Assembly: GCA_965218785.1 (NCBI GenBank)
Contig: OZ244650.1
Span: forward strand, 1,728,001-1,792,000
DNA: 64,000 bases
Direction: 5' to 3'
Source of the DNA: Nitrosopumilus sp.
Lineage (GTDB): Archaea > Thermoproteota > Nitrososphaeria > Nitrososphaerales > Nitrosopumilaceae
The notes below the pieces were generated by a model. The model was not told where the DNA came from. It was given only the letters and a program-made list of their open reading frames with translations, and made no database searches. The first letter of the stretch is position 1. Each line of letters starts with the position of its first letter. Below are positions 25,016 through 35,816 of this stretch, piece after piece. A program made the position numbers and the translations under genes.

Positions 25016-27805
25016 TTACCAGAATTTCCACCAGGGCTTTACACTTGGTTTATCAATAATGGTACATACGCCATCAACTAATTTTGTGCCAGAGCCACAT
25101 ATTCCAAATTTCTTCTCTGGCATTTTTGGTTTCTCCAAGCCGACTGCCTCATAAATTGAATCATATTCGGGGTATGTCTCATCAAACCATTTCTTGTATG
25201 CATCTTCATTGTTGTATCTGTCCACATAGCTTTGTGGATCTATTGCATTCTCTACAAATGATGCCAATCCCTTGGGTTTCTCCAAGCCGACTGCCTCATA
25301 AATTGAATCATATTCGGGGTATGTCTCATCAAACCATTTCTTGTATGCATCTTCATTGTTGTATCTGTCCACATAGCTTTGTGGATCTTTTGTCTTCTCT
25401 ACAAATGATGCAGGAATCTTTAGTTCTGCCATCTTTGGTTCTTTTGGTTCTGCTTTCTTTGGTTCTTTTGGTTCTGCTTTCTTTGGTTCCGGGGTATTTA
25501 TTACATCTTTTACATCAATTGTTATTGATTGTGTATCCATAATCCCATCCTTTTTTGCAACTAATTCAAACGTGTATGATTTTCCGCCGTCAGAATCAGA
25601 TGGTGTCCATGAAAATATGCCAGTATGTGATATAATTTTAGAGCCTGCAGGCGGATTTTTCTCCAAACTAAATATCGCATTTTGAACTGAATTATCATCA
25701 AGTTCGACCTGGAAAGATAATGATTTTCCTTCATCTATTGATAATTTTCCTATTGGAATAATTTGGAGAGATATGAATTTTGGTGTCACAGAAAACTTGT
25801 TTGATGGCTCACTAATCCCTGCAGAGTTTATGGCTGAAACTTTGTAGGAATATTTTGAATTTGTTACTAGATTACTATGTGAGTATGTTCTATCCGTACT
25901 TTTTGTATCTTCTACTAGCGTGGTGTATGATTTGCCGTCAATTTTTACTTCAATTTTGTAACCTGTAATTTCTGAATTCCCATCATCAACAGGCGCACTC
26001 CATGATAGATTTACCCGTGTTGCAGAAACAGCTGACGCAGTTAATTTTATTGGTGATGTGGGGACTGTTACTTGTACTATGCTAGATGTTACTGGATCTA
26101 CTGATGTATCCACTGAATCTTCCCGTGGTGTTGCAGATGCATTGTTTGATTCCTGTGTTGAACCATATCCAATGTTTGCACTAACAGCAAATGTATATTT
26201 TTTGTCAGTTCTTAAATCATTTACAACATATGTGGTATTTTCTCCATTTGTAGTGTCAACAGAATCATACACTCCAGGAGCAATCTCTCGCTTGATTTCA
26301 TAGCCTTTAATCATCTGTTGAAAAGTTTCTGATGGCGGTAGCCAGGAGAGTTTTATTTGACTGGGCGAGATTGCCGCTGCAGTTAATGCGACAGGTGTTA
26401 TAGTATGTTCTGGTTTTGTTGAAACTGTTGATGATACGCTAATTCCTTCTGAATTAATCGCAGAAACACGATAAGAGTAGACGCTGCTAGAATCAAGTCC
26501 TTGATAAATAAATGATGTTGTAGTGTTTTTAGAATTTTCAGTGATTACTTCATAGCTTTCTGAATCAATTTTGTATTCTATCTTATAGCCTGTAATTTTT
26601 GGAATCTTTTCTTTTTGTTCTGGTTTATCCCATGAAATTACTATCGAAGTTGGAGAAACTGGATCTGCCCTTAGATTATCGAGTTTCTTTGGAACAAGAG
26701 ACAGAGGTTCTAAGTTTAGATCAAAGGCTTGAACCCTATTATTTTTAGAATCTGCTACAAACATTACTTTATTGGTTGGGTCTAGTGTAATCCCAATTGG
26801 ATCGTCAAACTGACCATTTTGCGAACCTGATGAGCCGAATTTCCCAATAAAACAGACACCATCTACTACTTTCTTTGTATCACCTGGGCAGGTTGTATCA
26901 TCAATTATTTGAAAAATCTGAATTCTGTTGTTATCTGTGTCTGCAACATAAAGTCGCTTATTGGCAGAATCAAATGCAAGTCCGGTTGGATCGTCAAACT
27001 GACCATTTTGCGAACCTGATGAGCCGAATTTCCCAATAAAACAGACACCATCTACTACTTTCTTTGTATCATCCGGGCAGGTTGTATCGTCGACTAATTT
27101 GAACATAACAATCCTATCGGTTCTAGTATCTGCAACATACAAAACATCTTCCGAGTCATCAATTATCATGTTTGATGGGTTTTGAAAAGTATCATTTCTA
27201 TCAAATGAATCAAATTTAAATAAAAAATTTCTAGTTGAATCAAAAACAGATATAGAGTCTGTTTCAGTATCTGATACCAAAATATTTCTTGATGATTTTT
27301 GTATCGTAATTCCAGAGGCTGAACCAAAGTATTCATCAACTCCACTATCTGATGAACCGAATTTTGATTTGAATTTTCCCTTCTCACTAAACATCTGTAC
27401 TCTGTCGTTAGCTGAATCTACAACAAAAAAAATTCCAAACGCATCTCGTGTAATACTGATTGGATCATTGAATTGACCGTCTCCATCCACATTTGCTCCA
27501 GATGCATTATCATGACAGTCATGGATTGCGGTAATATCACAAAATGTTCCATATCTAAAATCACCATCACCATCGTCTTCAAATACATTAATTCTGTTAT
27601 TATTTCTGTCAACTACGTAGATGTTTTTCCCGTTTTTGTCCATTATCAGATCTGTGGGCATATCCAACATATCATCACCTGTACCTAGTAAACCAAATTT
27701 GAAGGTAAATTTCGGTTCAGCATATGCAATCTGAATAGACAGAATACAGAGTACGAACAATAAACTGAAGATTATTTTTCCTTTCAATACCTTACTCTTT
27801 CTCAC
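25016..27805 (-). CDS. Secreted NHL-repeat / fibronectin type III protein
   Basis: Signal peptide, NHL repeats, three FN3 domains (ITGYKIE..Y.VSAINS.G), two DPQSYVDRY repeats and a KPWWKFW end. Confidence 0.92.
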   Translation of the reverse strand: MRKSKVLKGKIIFSLLFVLCILSIQIAYAEPKFTFKFGLLGTGDDMLDMPTDLIMDKNGKNIYVVDRNNNRINVFEDDGDGDFRYGTFCDITAIHDCHDNASGANVDGDGQFNDPISITRDAFGIFFVVDSANDRVQMFSEKGKFKSKFGSSDSGVDEYFGSASGITIQKSSRNILVSDTETDSISVFDSTRNFLFKFDSFDRNDTFQNPSNMIIDDSEDVLYVADTRTDRIVMFKLVDDTTCPDDTKKVVDGVCFIGKFGSSGSQNGQFDDPTGLAFDSANKRLYVADTDNNRIQIFQIIDDTTCPGDTKKVVDGVCFIGKFGSSGSQNGQFDDPIGITLDPTNKVMFVADSKNNRVQAFDLNLEPLSLVPKKLDNLRADPVSPTSIVISWDKPEQKEKIPKITGYKIEYKIDSESYEVITENSKNTTTSFIYQGLDSSSVYSYRVSAINSEGISVSSTVSTKPEHTITPVALTAAAISPSQIKLSWLPPSETFQQMIKGYEIKREIAPGVYDSVDTTNGENTTYVVNDLRTDKKYTFAVSANIGYGSTQESNNASATPREDSVDTSVDPVTSSIVQVTVPTSPIKLTASAVSATRVNLSWSAPVDDGNSEITGYKIEVKIDGKSYTTLVEDTKSTDRTYSHSNLVTNSKYSYKVSAINSAGISEPSNKFSVTPKFISLQIIPIGKLSIDEGKSLSFQVELDDNSVQNAIFSLEKNPPAGSKIISHTGIFSWTPSDSDGGKSYTFELVAKKDGIMDTQSITIDVKDVINTPEPKKAEPKEPKKAEPKEPKMAELKIPASFVEKTKDPQSYVDRYNNEDAYKKWFDETYPEYDSIYEAVGLEKPKGLASFVENAIDPQSYVDRYNNEDAYKKWFDETYPEYDSIYEAVGLEKPKMPEKKFGICGSGTKLVDGVCTIIDKPSVKPWWKFW

Positions 27806-27849
27806 TACAAATTTAATAAATCAAATAATAAATTTCGCCACCTATTTGA

Positions 27850-29505
27850 TCAATTGTGATTTACAACATCTGCGGATTTGTTCCAAATTTTGACGTATTT
27901 TCTAGCCTTGAAAATTATGATTGCCGGTGCTGCAAAGTAGATTCCAAGATTCATCAGAATTACGCCAATACCGTATCCTAGAACTTCAGAGTCAGATTCA
28001 GCATATTCCATTATTGATAAGGACGACAGTAGGGGGGTTATTCCCATCTTTATCATTTCCTTGAATATAGGACTGTTCCTTTCCATGTCAGCAATATATG
28101 GTGAGAATGAATAGTACAGCTGGTTGAATCCGGTCATAAACGACATGCCTGATACCGTATTCATCAGTTGGCCGTCACGAATTTCCCTTAACATCTGAAC
28201 CTGTGGCGCCATTTCAGAACCATATGTCGCAGTTGCAATAAGACATCCACCGCCTGGATTTTCAACAATTACACACACACCATCTACAAGATCAGTCCCT
28301 TCGCCACATTCTCCAGATTCCAATTCTTCAGTTACCGGTACTTTAATTGCAGGTTTCTCCAAACCGACTGCCTCATAAATTGAATCATATTCGGGGTATG
28401 TCTCATCAAACCATTTCTTGTATGCATCTTCATTGTTGTATCTGTCCACATAGCTTTGTGGATCAATTGTCCTGTCTACAAATGATGCCAATCCCTTGGG
28501 TTTCTCCAAACCGACTGCCTCATAAATTGAATCATATTCGGGGTATGTCTCATCAAACCATTTCTTGTATGCATCTTCATTGTTGTATCTGTCCACATAG
28601 CTTTGTGGATCTTTTGCATTCTCTACAAATGATGCCAATCCCTTGGGTTTCTCCAAACCGACTGCCTCATAAATTGAATCATATTCGGGGTATGTCTCAT
28701 CAAACCATTTCTTGTATGCATCTTCATTGTTGTATCTGTCCACATAGCTTTGTGGATCTTTTGCCTTCTCTACGAATGGTGCAGGAATCTCCAGTTTTTC
28801 GGGTTCTGTTTTTACTGGTTCTATTTTTGGTGATTTTTGCTCAACATATGCTTGTTGTACGGTGATCTTGATGTTTTCTCTGTCTTCTTTATCTCCCTTG
28901 GTTGCAATAACATCAAAATTATAGATTACATCTTGAATATTTCCCTGTGATTTTGACACGGTCCAAACAAATTGTCCGGAGCTTGGATCAATTGTAGCCC
29001 CTGTGGGCGCTTTATCGCTCAAGCTAAATACCACGTCTTTAATTGTATCATCTGTCAGAGCAGCTGAAAATGTGACTGTCTTTTCTACATCAACTGTCTT
29101 GTCTGAAATTGATTTGAGTGCGAGTACAAAATCATCTACGACCGATATCTTACCGTTATCATATGCAATTTGTATTGTTATTCCATCAATTTCTTTTTGA
29201 GTATCAGTAAATGCTGTTGCATTATAGATTCCCTCCGAATCAAATAAGTCTGAAACAGGTCTTTGAAATGTTGAAAACGATCCTTGATCCGGTCCCGGAT
29301 CTGATAGCATTCCTTTATACTTGCCTGCTTCATTCCGGATAATAACAAATACTGTTTCTTTTGCATCCTGAATTCCAATAAACGTCACGGATTCATTGTC
29401 TGTGTAGAAGCTCTTCTCAAGGTCTAATGATGTGACGTTTGCAAATGCTGGATTTATCACAAGTATGAATAATGAAAATACTGTGAATATTCCTATTGTT
29501 CGCAC
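27850..29505 (-). CDS. Secreted CFI-box-CTERM domain protein
   Basis: GGGCLIATATYGSEMAPQVQMLREIRD followed by a C-terminal TM segment; three DPQSYVDRY repeats. Confidence 0.9.
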   Translation of the reverse strand: MRTIGIFTVFSLFILVINPAFANVTSLDLEKSFYTDNESVTFIGIQDAKETVFVIIRNEAGKYKGMLSDPGPDQGSFSTFQRPVSDLFDSEGIYNATAFTDTQKEIDGITIQIAYDNGKISVVDDFVLALKSISDKTVDVEKTVTFSAALTDDTIKDVVFSLSDKAPTGATIDPSSGQFVWTVSKSQGNIQDVIYNFDVIATKGDKEDRENIKITVQQAYVEQKSPKIEPVKTEPEKLEIPAPFVEKAKDPQSYVDRYNNEDAYKKWFDETYPEYDSIYEAVGLEKPKGLASFVENAKDPQSYVDRYNNEDAYKKWFDETYPEYDSIYEAVGLEKPKGLASFVDRTIDPQSYVDRYNNEDAYKKWFDETYPEYDSIYEAVGLEKPAIKVPVTEELESGECGEGTDLVDGVCVIVENPGGGCLIATATYGSEMAPQVQMLREIRDGQLMNTVSGMSFMTGFNQLYYSFSPYIADMERNSPIFKEMIKMGITPLLSSLSIMEYAESDSEVLGYGIGVILMNLGIYFAAPAIIIFKARKYVKIWNKSADVVNHN

Positions 29506-29575
29506 AGTTATAATTCGAATTTAGAGACTTTTAAAAAACATGTGTAATTTCTTCTATTGTTTTGCAAAGAAATCT

Positions 29576-29992
29576 TTACAAATCAAGCAAAAATTTCATA
29601 AAAACGCCATTTTCTTGCCTAATCTCCATTTCATAAAATGTAGGCGCCTTTATTTCGACTTTGAAGTTATGTTTGTCAAAATCCAGCGGTTCACCGTGAG
29701 CTGTAGCAGTTATTTCGTAATTTTCTGTTTTTTTGATGTCAAACTCAATTCTCTTTATGGCAAATCCCTCAGTAATTAAAACAAAAGTAACCTCCTCAAG
29801 CCAGCTAAACAAAAGATATCTTAGATCCTTTCCTTTTGCTGAAAATTCTTTCCTGTCTTTTTCTTCCACTTTGTCTTGATCAAGCGTCAGATTGATTACT
29901 GCATCAGATGCAACTGCAAATGCTTCTTTGAGATCCCTTGCTGTAACTTCAATTATGGCATCAGTAACATGCTCCAAAAACCTGTAACTCAA
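29576..29992 (-). CDS. Archease
   Basis: YRFLEHVTD...EIKAPTFY...LDL. Confidence 0.93.
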   Translation of the reverse strand: MSYRFLEHVTDAIIEVTARDLKEAFAVASDAVINLTLDQDKVEEKDRKEFSAKGKDLRYLLFSWLEEVTFVLITEGFAIKRIEFDIKKTENYEITATAHGEPLDFDKHNFKVEIKAPTFYEMEIRQENGVFMKFLLDL

Positions 29993-30248
29993 TTGTTAAT
30001 TTTAAAATCCTTCGGATTATTAATTTAGATGGTATTATGTGCTTTTTTGCCCTACCTAGTTGTCTGGTTCTAGTTTTTGCAGTCTAGTAATCTGTTGGTC
30101 CAGTCATACTTTTCAAAATTCCAGTCATGGATTTCATTGTAGAACTTGTACTTTGTTGGTATGTCAAGCCATCAGCTTGACATCCAGCCTTCTTCTAGTT
30201 GAATTATTTAAAACAGATCTTTTTATTTTAAAAAATTTATCATATTAT

Positions 30249-30548
30249 ATGGGATTTTTATCAAATTTTAGAAAAGATTTGCAAGATGCAAAAGAAAAAA
30301 AAGCAGCCCAGATTAATGGAAAAAATCTCAAGGAATTATTAACAAAATTCAAAGAAGAGCGAGACAGAATTGAAGGTGAGACAGGAGTCAGACCACAAAT
30401 TGATGAGACCACGCAATTGTTTATGCAAAAAATTCTAAACGTCTGGATTTCAGAGGGAAAGGAAATTGATGAAGAAAAGTTTTGGAATGAGGTTGATTAT
30501 AACAGACAGTTTTCCCATCCAGTTGAATATTATGAGATAAAACGTTAG
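30249..30548 (+). CDS. Hypothetical protein
   Basis: Charged ORF from MGFLSNFRK; the upstream part of the tracked ORF looks non-coding. Confidence 0.7.
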   Translation: MGFLSNFRKDLQDAKEKKAAQINGKNLKELLTKFKEERDRIEGETGVRPQIDETTQLFMQKILNVWISEGKEIDEEKFWNEVDYNRQFSHPVEYYEIKR

Positions 30549-31010
30549 ATTTTCAGTAATCCAAAGAAAATTCCTGATCAGGAACTATCAAAATTAAGAC
30601 TGTTTCAGGATAACACCGTATTCTGGAATGCAATTCATTCTATACGGTAGGTTCATACCTTTGTCAGAAATGATTTTTCATTAATTTTGCAAGTGTTGCA
30701 TATGCAGAAATTATAGACAGGCAAGCCCCCCCCCCCCTCCTCTCCTCACACTGTCTGAAGATCTTCAGAATAATGCTGTAAATGCAATACCTATAATTTA
30801 CAATCATCATCCAAAATTTACGGTCTTATGGATAGATGCCGCTACATCATCATCATCATATCATCATAATCATCGGCAAATACAGGTATTATTACAAAAA
30901 TAAACACCATTGCCAGACTAACAATGATAGACTGTTTTTAGATGTATCATGGGGGTTTTTCTTGAAAATATGTCAAGAATTTCACCACTTTATTCTCTAA
31001 TCTTTTTAGA

Positions 31011-31322
31011 TTATCTTCTGGTAATCCAGACAAGAATTGATAGACCAAATGTTTGAATTACATTAATTGCAAACAAGTAATGAGATATCATGTCAGCTGA
31101 CATCATCAATGCTTTGTCATCTTTGTAAAGCGTGAACCAAAATATTATGATTACAATATTTTGTATCATAAGCAGGGCTGCGACTAGAACCAGACCAGAA
31201 GTGTAATATGACCTAATGACTCTCATGTTCTGAATATATGTTCCAATTGTAACACCAAGCAATCCAATGTTCAGAAAGGCAGCCACTACTGCTGCTAGTA
31301 TAAAGTCTACCATGAGAAACAT
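31011..31322 (-). CDS. Small three-TM membrane protein
   Basis: Three hydrophobic helices; directly downstream of the HTH regulator. Confidence 0.75.
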   Translation of the reverse strand: MFLMVDFILAAVVAAFLNIGLLGVTIGTYIQNMRVIRSYYTSGLVLVAALLMIQNIVIIIFWFTLYKDDKALMMSADMISHYLFAINVIQTFGLSILVWITRR

Positions 31323-31340
31323 CTCTTTTGAGTGATTAAT

Positions 31341-31733
31341 CTATTTTTTTCCAATTTTTGTCATAATCTCCTCCAACACGCTTTGATTATCTTTCATAAT
31401 CTGTGTTAATTCGTATTCGGCTCCATACTCCTTTTCTTCTTTTACAATCAATTCATTTTTTAACAGAATCTTTACATGGTGAACTATAGTTTTGTGATCT
31501 AGTCCCAATACTGTGGCAATCTTGTTTGCATTCATTGGTGTATCTTTTACCAAATTGAGGATTTTTGCCCTGTTTATGCCTCCTTTTGTGCCTGCAATGA
31601 TAAACCAAAGTATGTTTTTGAATCTGGGATCTACTGCTGATTGGCCATTATCTGTGCCTGAAAATGAGAATATATTCCTCGGAATCATCTCAGGAATTGA
31701 AAAAACCGGTAAAACAATTGTTGTTGTAAACAC
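31341..31733 (-). CDS. ArsR-like winged-helix transcriptional regulator
   Basis: LWFIIAGTKGGINRAKIL...NANKIA..LDHKTIVHHVKIL; the true start may lie downstream. Confidence 0.88.
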   Translation of the reverse strand: MFTTTIVLPVFSIPEMIPRNIFSFSGTDNGQSAVDPRFKNILWFIIAGTKGGINRAKILNLVKDTPMNANKIATVLGLDHKTIVHHVKILLKNELIVKEEKEYGAEYELTQIMKDNQSVLEEIMTKIGKK

Positions 31734-31786
31734 TGATTTTCCACTAATTGTGTTAGATATAAAAAATTCCTTTTGAGACTATAATT

Positions 31787-32563
31787 TTATTGGGAAGATA
31801 ACTCTGCACTTCCAAACAAAACTCCAGCTAATTTACACCAAATCAAGACTTTGTTGTACTTGTCAAGATCAGTATCTTCTGGAATGTCATAATTTTGATT
31901 TCCGCGGTTTGCTTTTAGCTCTCCCAGATTGACAAAGTCTGATGCTCTGTCATCTGTTGATAAGTAGACAAATAGGTCCGGACCATTGGTAGACAAAAAG
32001 TTTTCTAATCTTAGTACATTACTTCCATCTTCTAGTGGAATGGTGTATGCGTCTCCTTCTGCATTATGAATTCCATCATCAACACCTATGAATTGTCCAG
32101 CATATGACATTGTTGGTTCTTCCATCGTCATTTCCTCCTGTTCCATCATTTCTTCTTCCATCATCATTTCCTCTTCCATCATCATTTCTTTTTCCATCAT
32201 CATCTCCTCTTTCATCATCATTTCCTCTTCCATCGTCATTTCCTCCTGTTCCATCATTTCTTCTTCCATCATCATCTCCTCTTTCATCATCATTTCCTCT
32301 TCCATCGTCATTTCCTCCTGTTCCATCATCATCTCCTCTTTCATCATCATTTCTTCTTCTTGTTCCATCATCATTTCCTCCTCTTTCATCATCATTTCCT
32401 CTTGTTTCATCATTTCTTCAGTGTCTGTTAGCGTTGATGGAGTAATAGCACCGGATGGTAATGGCTCATCTATAGTTGATTCTGTAAAGTATGGTGATAC
32501 AGCAGCTACTGCTCCTGCTCCAACTATGATTACTGCAATAATTATTATCATAGATTTGTTCAT
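31787..32563 (-). CDS. DM13-domain protein with Met/Glu-rich linker
   Basis: N-terminal anchor, ~100-aa M/E tract, then H.AEG...LRLENF..NGPDLFVYLS...GNQNY..VLIWC..FG.A. Confidence 0.9.
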   Translation of the reverse strand: MNKSMIIIIAVIIVGAGAVAAVSPYFTESTIDEPLPSGAITPSTLTDTEEMMKQEEMMMKEEEMMMEQEEEMMMKEEMMMEQEEMTMEEEMMMKEEMMMEEEMMEQEEMTMEEEMMMKEEMMMEKEMMMEEEMMMEEEMMEQEEMTMEEPTMSYAGQFIGVDDGIHNAEGDAYTIPLEDGSNVLRLENFLSTNGPDLFVYLSTDDRASDFVNLGELKANRGNQNYDIPEDTDLDKYNKVLIWCKLAGVLFGSAELSSQ

Positions 32564-32697
32564 AACTCTGTGATATGGGTTTGGTATATAACATGTTTCA
32601 CAGTTTAGACCCCAATCTTTAGGCACAAAATATGATCAATTAGCACATATGTCTTTTCTCGTAAGGTAATTTAGTAGGATCTCGGTGCCAGAATCAA

Positions 32698-33225
32698 ATG
32701 GAACCATTTGATTCATTTCTGGTCTGGATTACAGAATTTTTAGGAAACCATCTCTATGAGGGAATATTTTTAGCCGCTATAATTGAGACCATAATTCCGC
32801 CGATTCCAACCCTGGCAGTATTTCCAACTGCGGGATTTTTGGCATCTCAGCAAGGAATTCCGATAATTGATGTAATTCCAATGATTGTTCTTGGTGGGAT
32901 CGGCGCTACCATTGGAACCTCTGCAATTTACTTGATTGCCTTAAAGCTTGGGAGGATTGTCTTGCTTCGATATCTGAAATATCTAAGGATATCAGAGCAG
33001 AAATTAGAGCGGGTTGAGATTTGGTTTGCAAAATATGGGGACAAGGCAGTGTTTCTGGGAAGAATGATTCCAGTTATGAGAGAGATGATTTCAGTTCCAG
33101 CAGGACTCCTTAAAATGAAAATTCCAAAGTTTGTACTATTTACATTTGCAGGTTCTTGCATTTGGTCTGCTGTAACAATTTTGGCAGGATATTACTTTGG
33201 TGAGGCACTAAATCTCGGCATTTAA
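32698..33225 (+). CDS. DedA family membrane protein
   Basis: IETIIPPIP and WFAKYG..VFLGRMIPVMR..IS.PAG. Confidence 0.93.
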   Translation: MEPFDSFLVWITEFLGNHLYEGIFLAAIIETIIPPIPTLAVFPTAGFLASQQGIPIIDVIPMIVLGGIGATIGTSAIYLIALKLGRIVLLRYLKYLRISEQKLERVEIWFAKYGDKAVFLGRMIPVMREMISVPAGLLKMKIPKFVLFTFAGSCIWSAVTILAGYYFGEALNLGI

Positions 33226-33230
33226 AAATA

Positions 33231-33413
33231 TTATTCGGTCGCTGCATTTAGTAGATGATAATTCAAACTAGTGAGATTGCATTGTATGTGATGTTGAATC
33301 TGTGATCTTTCATCGCAGTTTTTACAATAAAACTCGATTCCTTTTTTGCAAACATCGCATTTTATGCTGATCTCCTGTTCACTTCCACATTTTTTACATG
33401 CGTCAATTCTCAT
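33231..33413 (-). CDS. Small Cys-rich (zinc-finger-like) protein
   Basis: CKKC, CDVC and CKNC motifs. Confidence 0.7.
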   Translation of the reverse strand: MRIDACKKCGSEQEISIKCDVCKKGIEFYCKNCDERSQIQHHIQCNLTSLNYHLLNAATE

Positions 33414-33765
33414 GGCTTGCGTATTGTAAAATTTCTTTTAAACCATTTGAAAATTAGAATCAGCTAATTAGTGACAGCTAATATTATTCTCATTATAGAG
33501 AATGAGAATGGGTGATTTAGTATCATATTTTTTGAAATTTACAGGATTCCCAAAATCGCCATTACCATTGGAATTCGTGGCTTATCTCTTGCCAGAACCT
33601 ATACTAGCATTATTTCCAACATAATCTGCCAGAACCGTCAATCATCGTGTAATTATGCAGAATTACATGAGAAAACTTTTGTATTTTCTTGGCAAAACAA
33701 CCAATTTAATTTCATTTAGACCTTACAGAAATATCTAAATCATAATCAGTTCCCATATAATCATC

Positions 33766-35046
33766 TTGGAACTGCCGCGAGGAATGAAGGATTTTGAAGA
33801 ATCTGAAACTGCAAACATTGAGCACGTCAGGCATCATTTCAAGCAATTATCAAATTTGTATGGATTTTCATTTATGGATCCATCCCCAATTGAGCTGCTC
33901 TCAGTACTGGAAACAAAGTCAGGCCCTGCAATCAAAGACGAAATCTACTATTTCAAAGACAAGGGAGAACGTGAAGTGGCATTACGGTTTGATTTTACAG
34001 TCGGATTAACAAGATTCGCAGCGTCTCAGAAATCAATTAAACTTCCAGTCAAAATCTCAAGCTTTGGCGGAGTATTCAGATATGACGAGCCTCAAAAGGG
34101 CAGATATCGGTACTTTCACCAGTGGGATATAGAGATTTATGGCAAGCCAGGACTGGAATCAGAATCTGAAATCATTGAACTGACATCTAGATTATTTGAT
34201 TCCTTACTCCTCCGAGATATCACAATTGACATTAACCACAGAAATCTTGTGGAATCCTACATCTGCAAGATATTTGATTCTACAGAACCGCAGCTAGTGG
34301 CAGACATTCTGCGAGCAATAGACAAGATTGCAAAAAAATCAAAAGATGAGATCCTAGCTGAATTCAGAGGCAGATATGACGTATCCAAGCTAGAAAAGAT
34401 TCTAGAATTTGCACAAATCAAGGGAGGCATTCATGAAGTAGAACACGCATTTGATGTATCGCAGTTAGAATCATGGGATGAGCTAAAACGGCTCTTTGAC
34501 TCGCTGGAAAATAGGGGAGTATCAAATATCAGAATTAATTTTGGGATTGTGAGGGGTCTTGACTACTATTCAGGAACAGTCTTTGAGGTATTTGATAAAA
34601 ATTCAACACTGGGAGCCCTAGCCGGTGGAGGACGATACGACTCTTTAACTAAAGCATTTGGTAGGGAAGACATTGGTGCAACCGGTGTTGCAGGCGGCGT
34701 GGAACGAATCATACTAACAATGCAGGCACAAAAGATAATTCCAGAACTGACACAAAAAAGAATTGCAGTGCTTTACACTAATAATGAGATGCAAAAAGTC
34801 GCAATGTCAATTGCGTCAATGCTAAGATTGGAAAACATTCCAACGGATATTGACATTGTGGGGCGTAATCTAAAAAAACAAATGGAACAGGCAAGAGATA
34901 CAAAACTTGCAATAATTGTTGGACCTGATGAGCTAAAAGAAGGAAACGTACTACTACGAGACATGGTTAATGGGACAGAAGGAACCATACCACTGGAAAA
35001 ACTGACCGAAGACCCCGGTTCTATTCTTAATTTAGAAAAGCCCTAG
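33766..35046 (+). CDS. hisS: Histidine--tRNA ligase
   Basis: PRGMKDF, LRFDFT, FRYDEPQKGRYRYFHQ, VRGLDYY and GGGRYD. Confidence 0.97.
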   Translation: MELPRGMKDFEESETANIEHVRHHFKQLSNLYGFSFMDPSPIELLSVLETKSGPAIKDEIYYFKDKGEREVALRFDFTVGLTRFAASQKSIKLPVKISSFGGVFRYDEPQKGRYRYFHQWDIEIYGKPGLESESEIIELTSRLFDSLLLRDITIDINHRNLVESYICKIFDSTEPQLVADILRAIDKIAKKSKDEILAEFRGRYDVSKLEKILEFAQIKGGIHEVEHAFDVSQLESWDELKRLFDSLENRGVSNIRINFGIVRGLDYYSGTVFEVFDKNSTLGALAGGGRYDSLTKAFGREDIGATGVAGGVERIILTMQAQKIIPELTQKRIAVLYTNNEMQKVAMSIASMLRLENIPTDIDIVGRNLKKQMEQARDTKLAIIVGPDELKEGNVLLRDMVNGTEGTIPLEKLTEDPGSILNLEKP

Positions 35047-35692
35047 TTAGCATCATAATTTCAGATCCCGTAGTAAGTGACCCCACTACAATGGCATTGT
35101 TGTTGGCCAAAATTCCAGATGAGACATAAGGAATTCCATTATTAATTGAACTTTGCTCAATTTTTACGCCTAGTAAATTGGCAAAAGTTTTCATGTCTTC
35201 CTCATCAGCTTCTGGATGAATTACCGCACCGGAATTGTTTGCAACAAGAACTACGCCGGTTTGATTAAATCCTGCAATTCTTTTCTGAATAACTTCCACT
35301 CCCAAAACATCACTAACTGTCTCACAGTCTGTATCTGACAACCACGGAGATACAACTGCACCCTTATCATTTGCACAAATCACATTTCCAAGTGCAGTAA
35401 ACTTTGAATCTAGGACTCCTACCTCCAAATCGGTCTCTTTTTTTATCAAATCATATTCATTTTGATATGCAGTCTTTGGCAATAGAATTCCTTTGTTATT
35501 CATTATACACAATGCGCCAATCAGTCTAGTGTTTGCAATTGATGTATACACTATATCTGCATCAAAATATTTTCCAAGCTTTTCTGCTTTGGATTCTGCA
35601 TACCCCATTGGAACCAATATCACGCTATCGTTTACTCTAATGTAGACCCCAAGGTTTGGCCCCCTATACACATCGGATTTGAAAATATCCAT
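35027..35692 (-). CDS. eif6: Translation initiation factor 6 (aIF6)
   Basis: PNLGVY, GNVICANDKGA and N.G.PYVSSG..AN....VG..TTG.E. Confidence 0.95.
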   Translation of the reverse strand: MDIFKSDVYRGPNLGVYIRVNDSVILVPMGYAESKAEKLGKYFDADIVYTSIANTRLIGALCIMNNKGILLPKTAYQNEYDLIKKETDLEVGVLDSKFTALGNVICANDKGAVVSPWLSDTDCETVSDVLGVEVIQKRIAGFNQTGVVLVANNSGAVIHPEADEEDMKTFANLLGVKIEQSSINNGIPYVSSGILANNNAIVVGSLTTGSEIMMLTRAFLN

Positions 35693-35816
35693 ATTCCCAA
35701 AGTTGATCGTACATTGCTTATGAACGTAGGGAATTATTCGTACATATTTGATCTGTATTCGCCATGAAATTCCTTTTTTCTCTAGCTTTAAATAATATCT
35801 AAATCAAAATTGATTC

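Noticed and set aside
30720-30950. Poly-C tract and a short broken reading frame as a phase-variation switch
   Set aside because: No intact gene is linked to the tract; it is more likely decayed sequence.
32088-32573. Ser/Ile-rich and Ser/Pro-rich plus-strand ORFs
   Set aside because: Antisense shadows of the Met/Glu tract.
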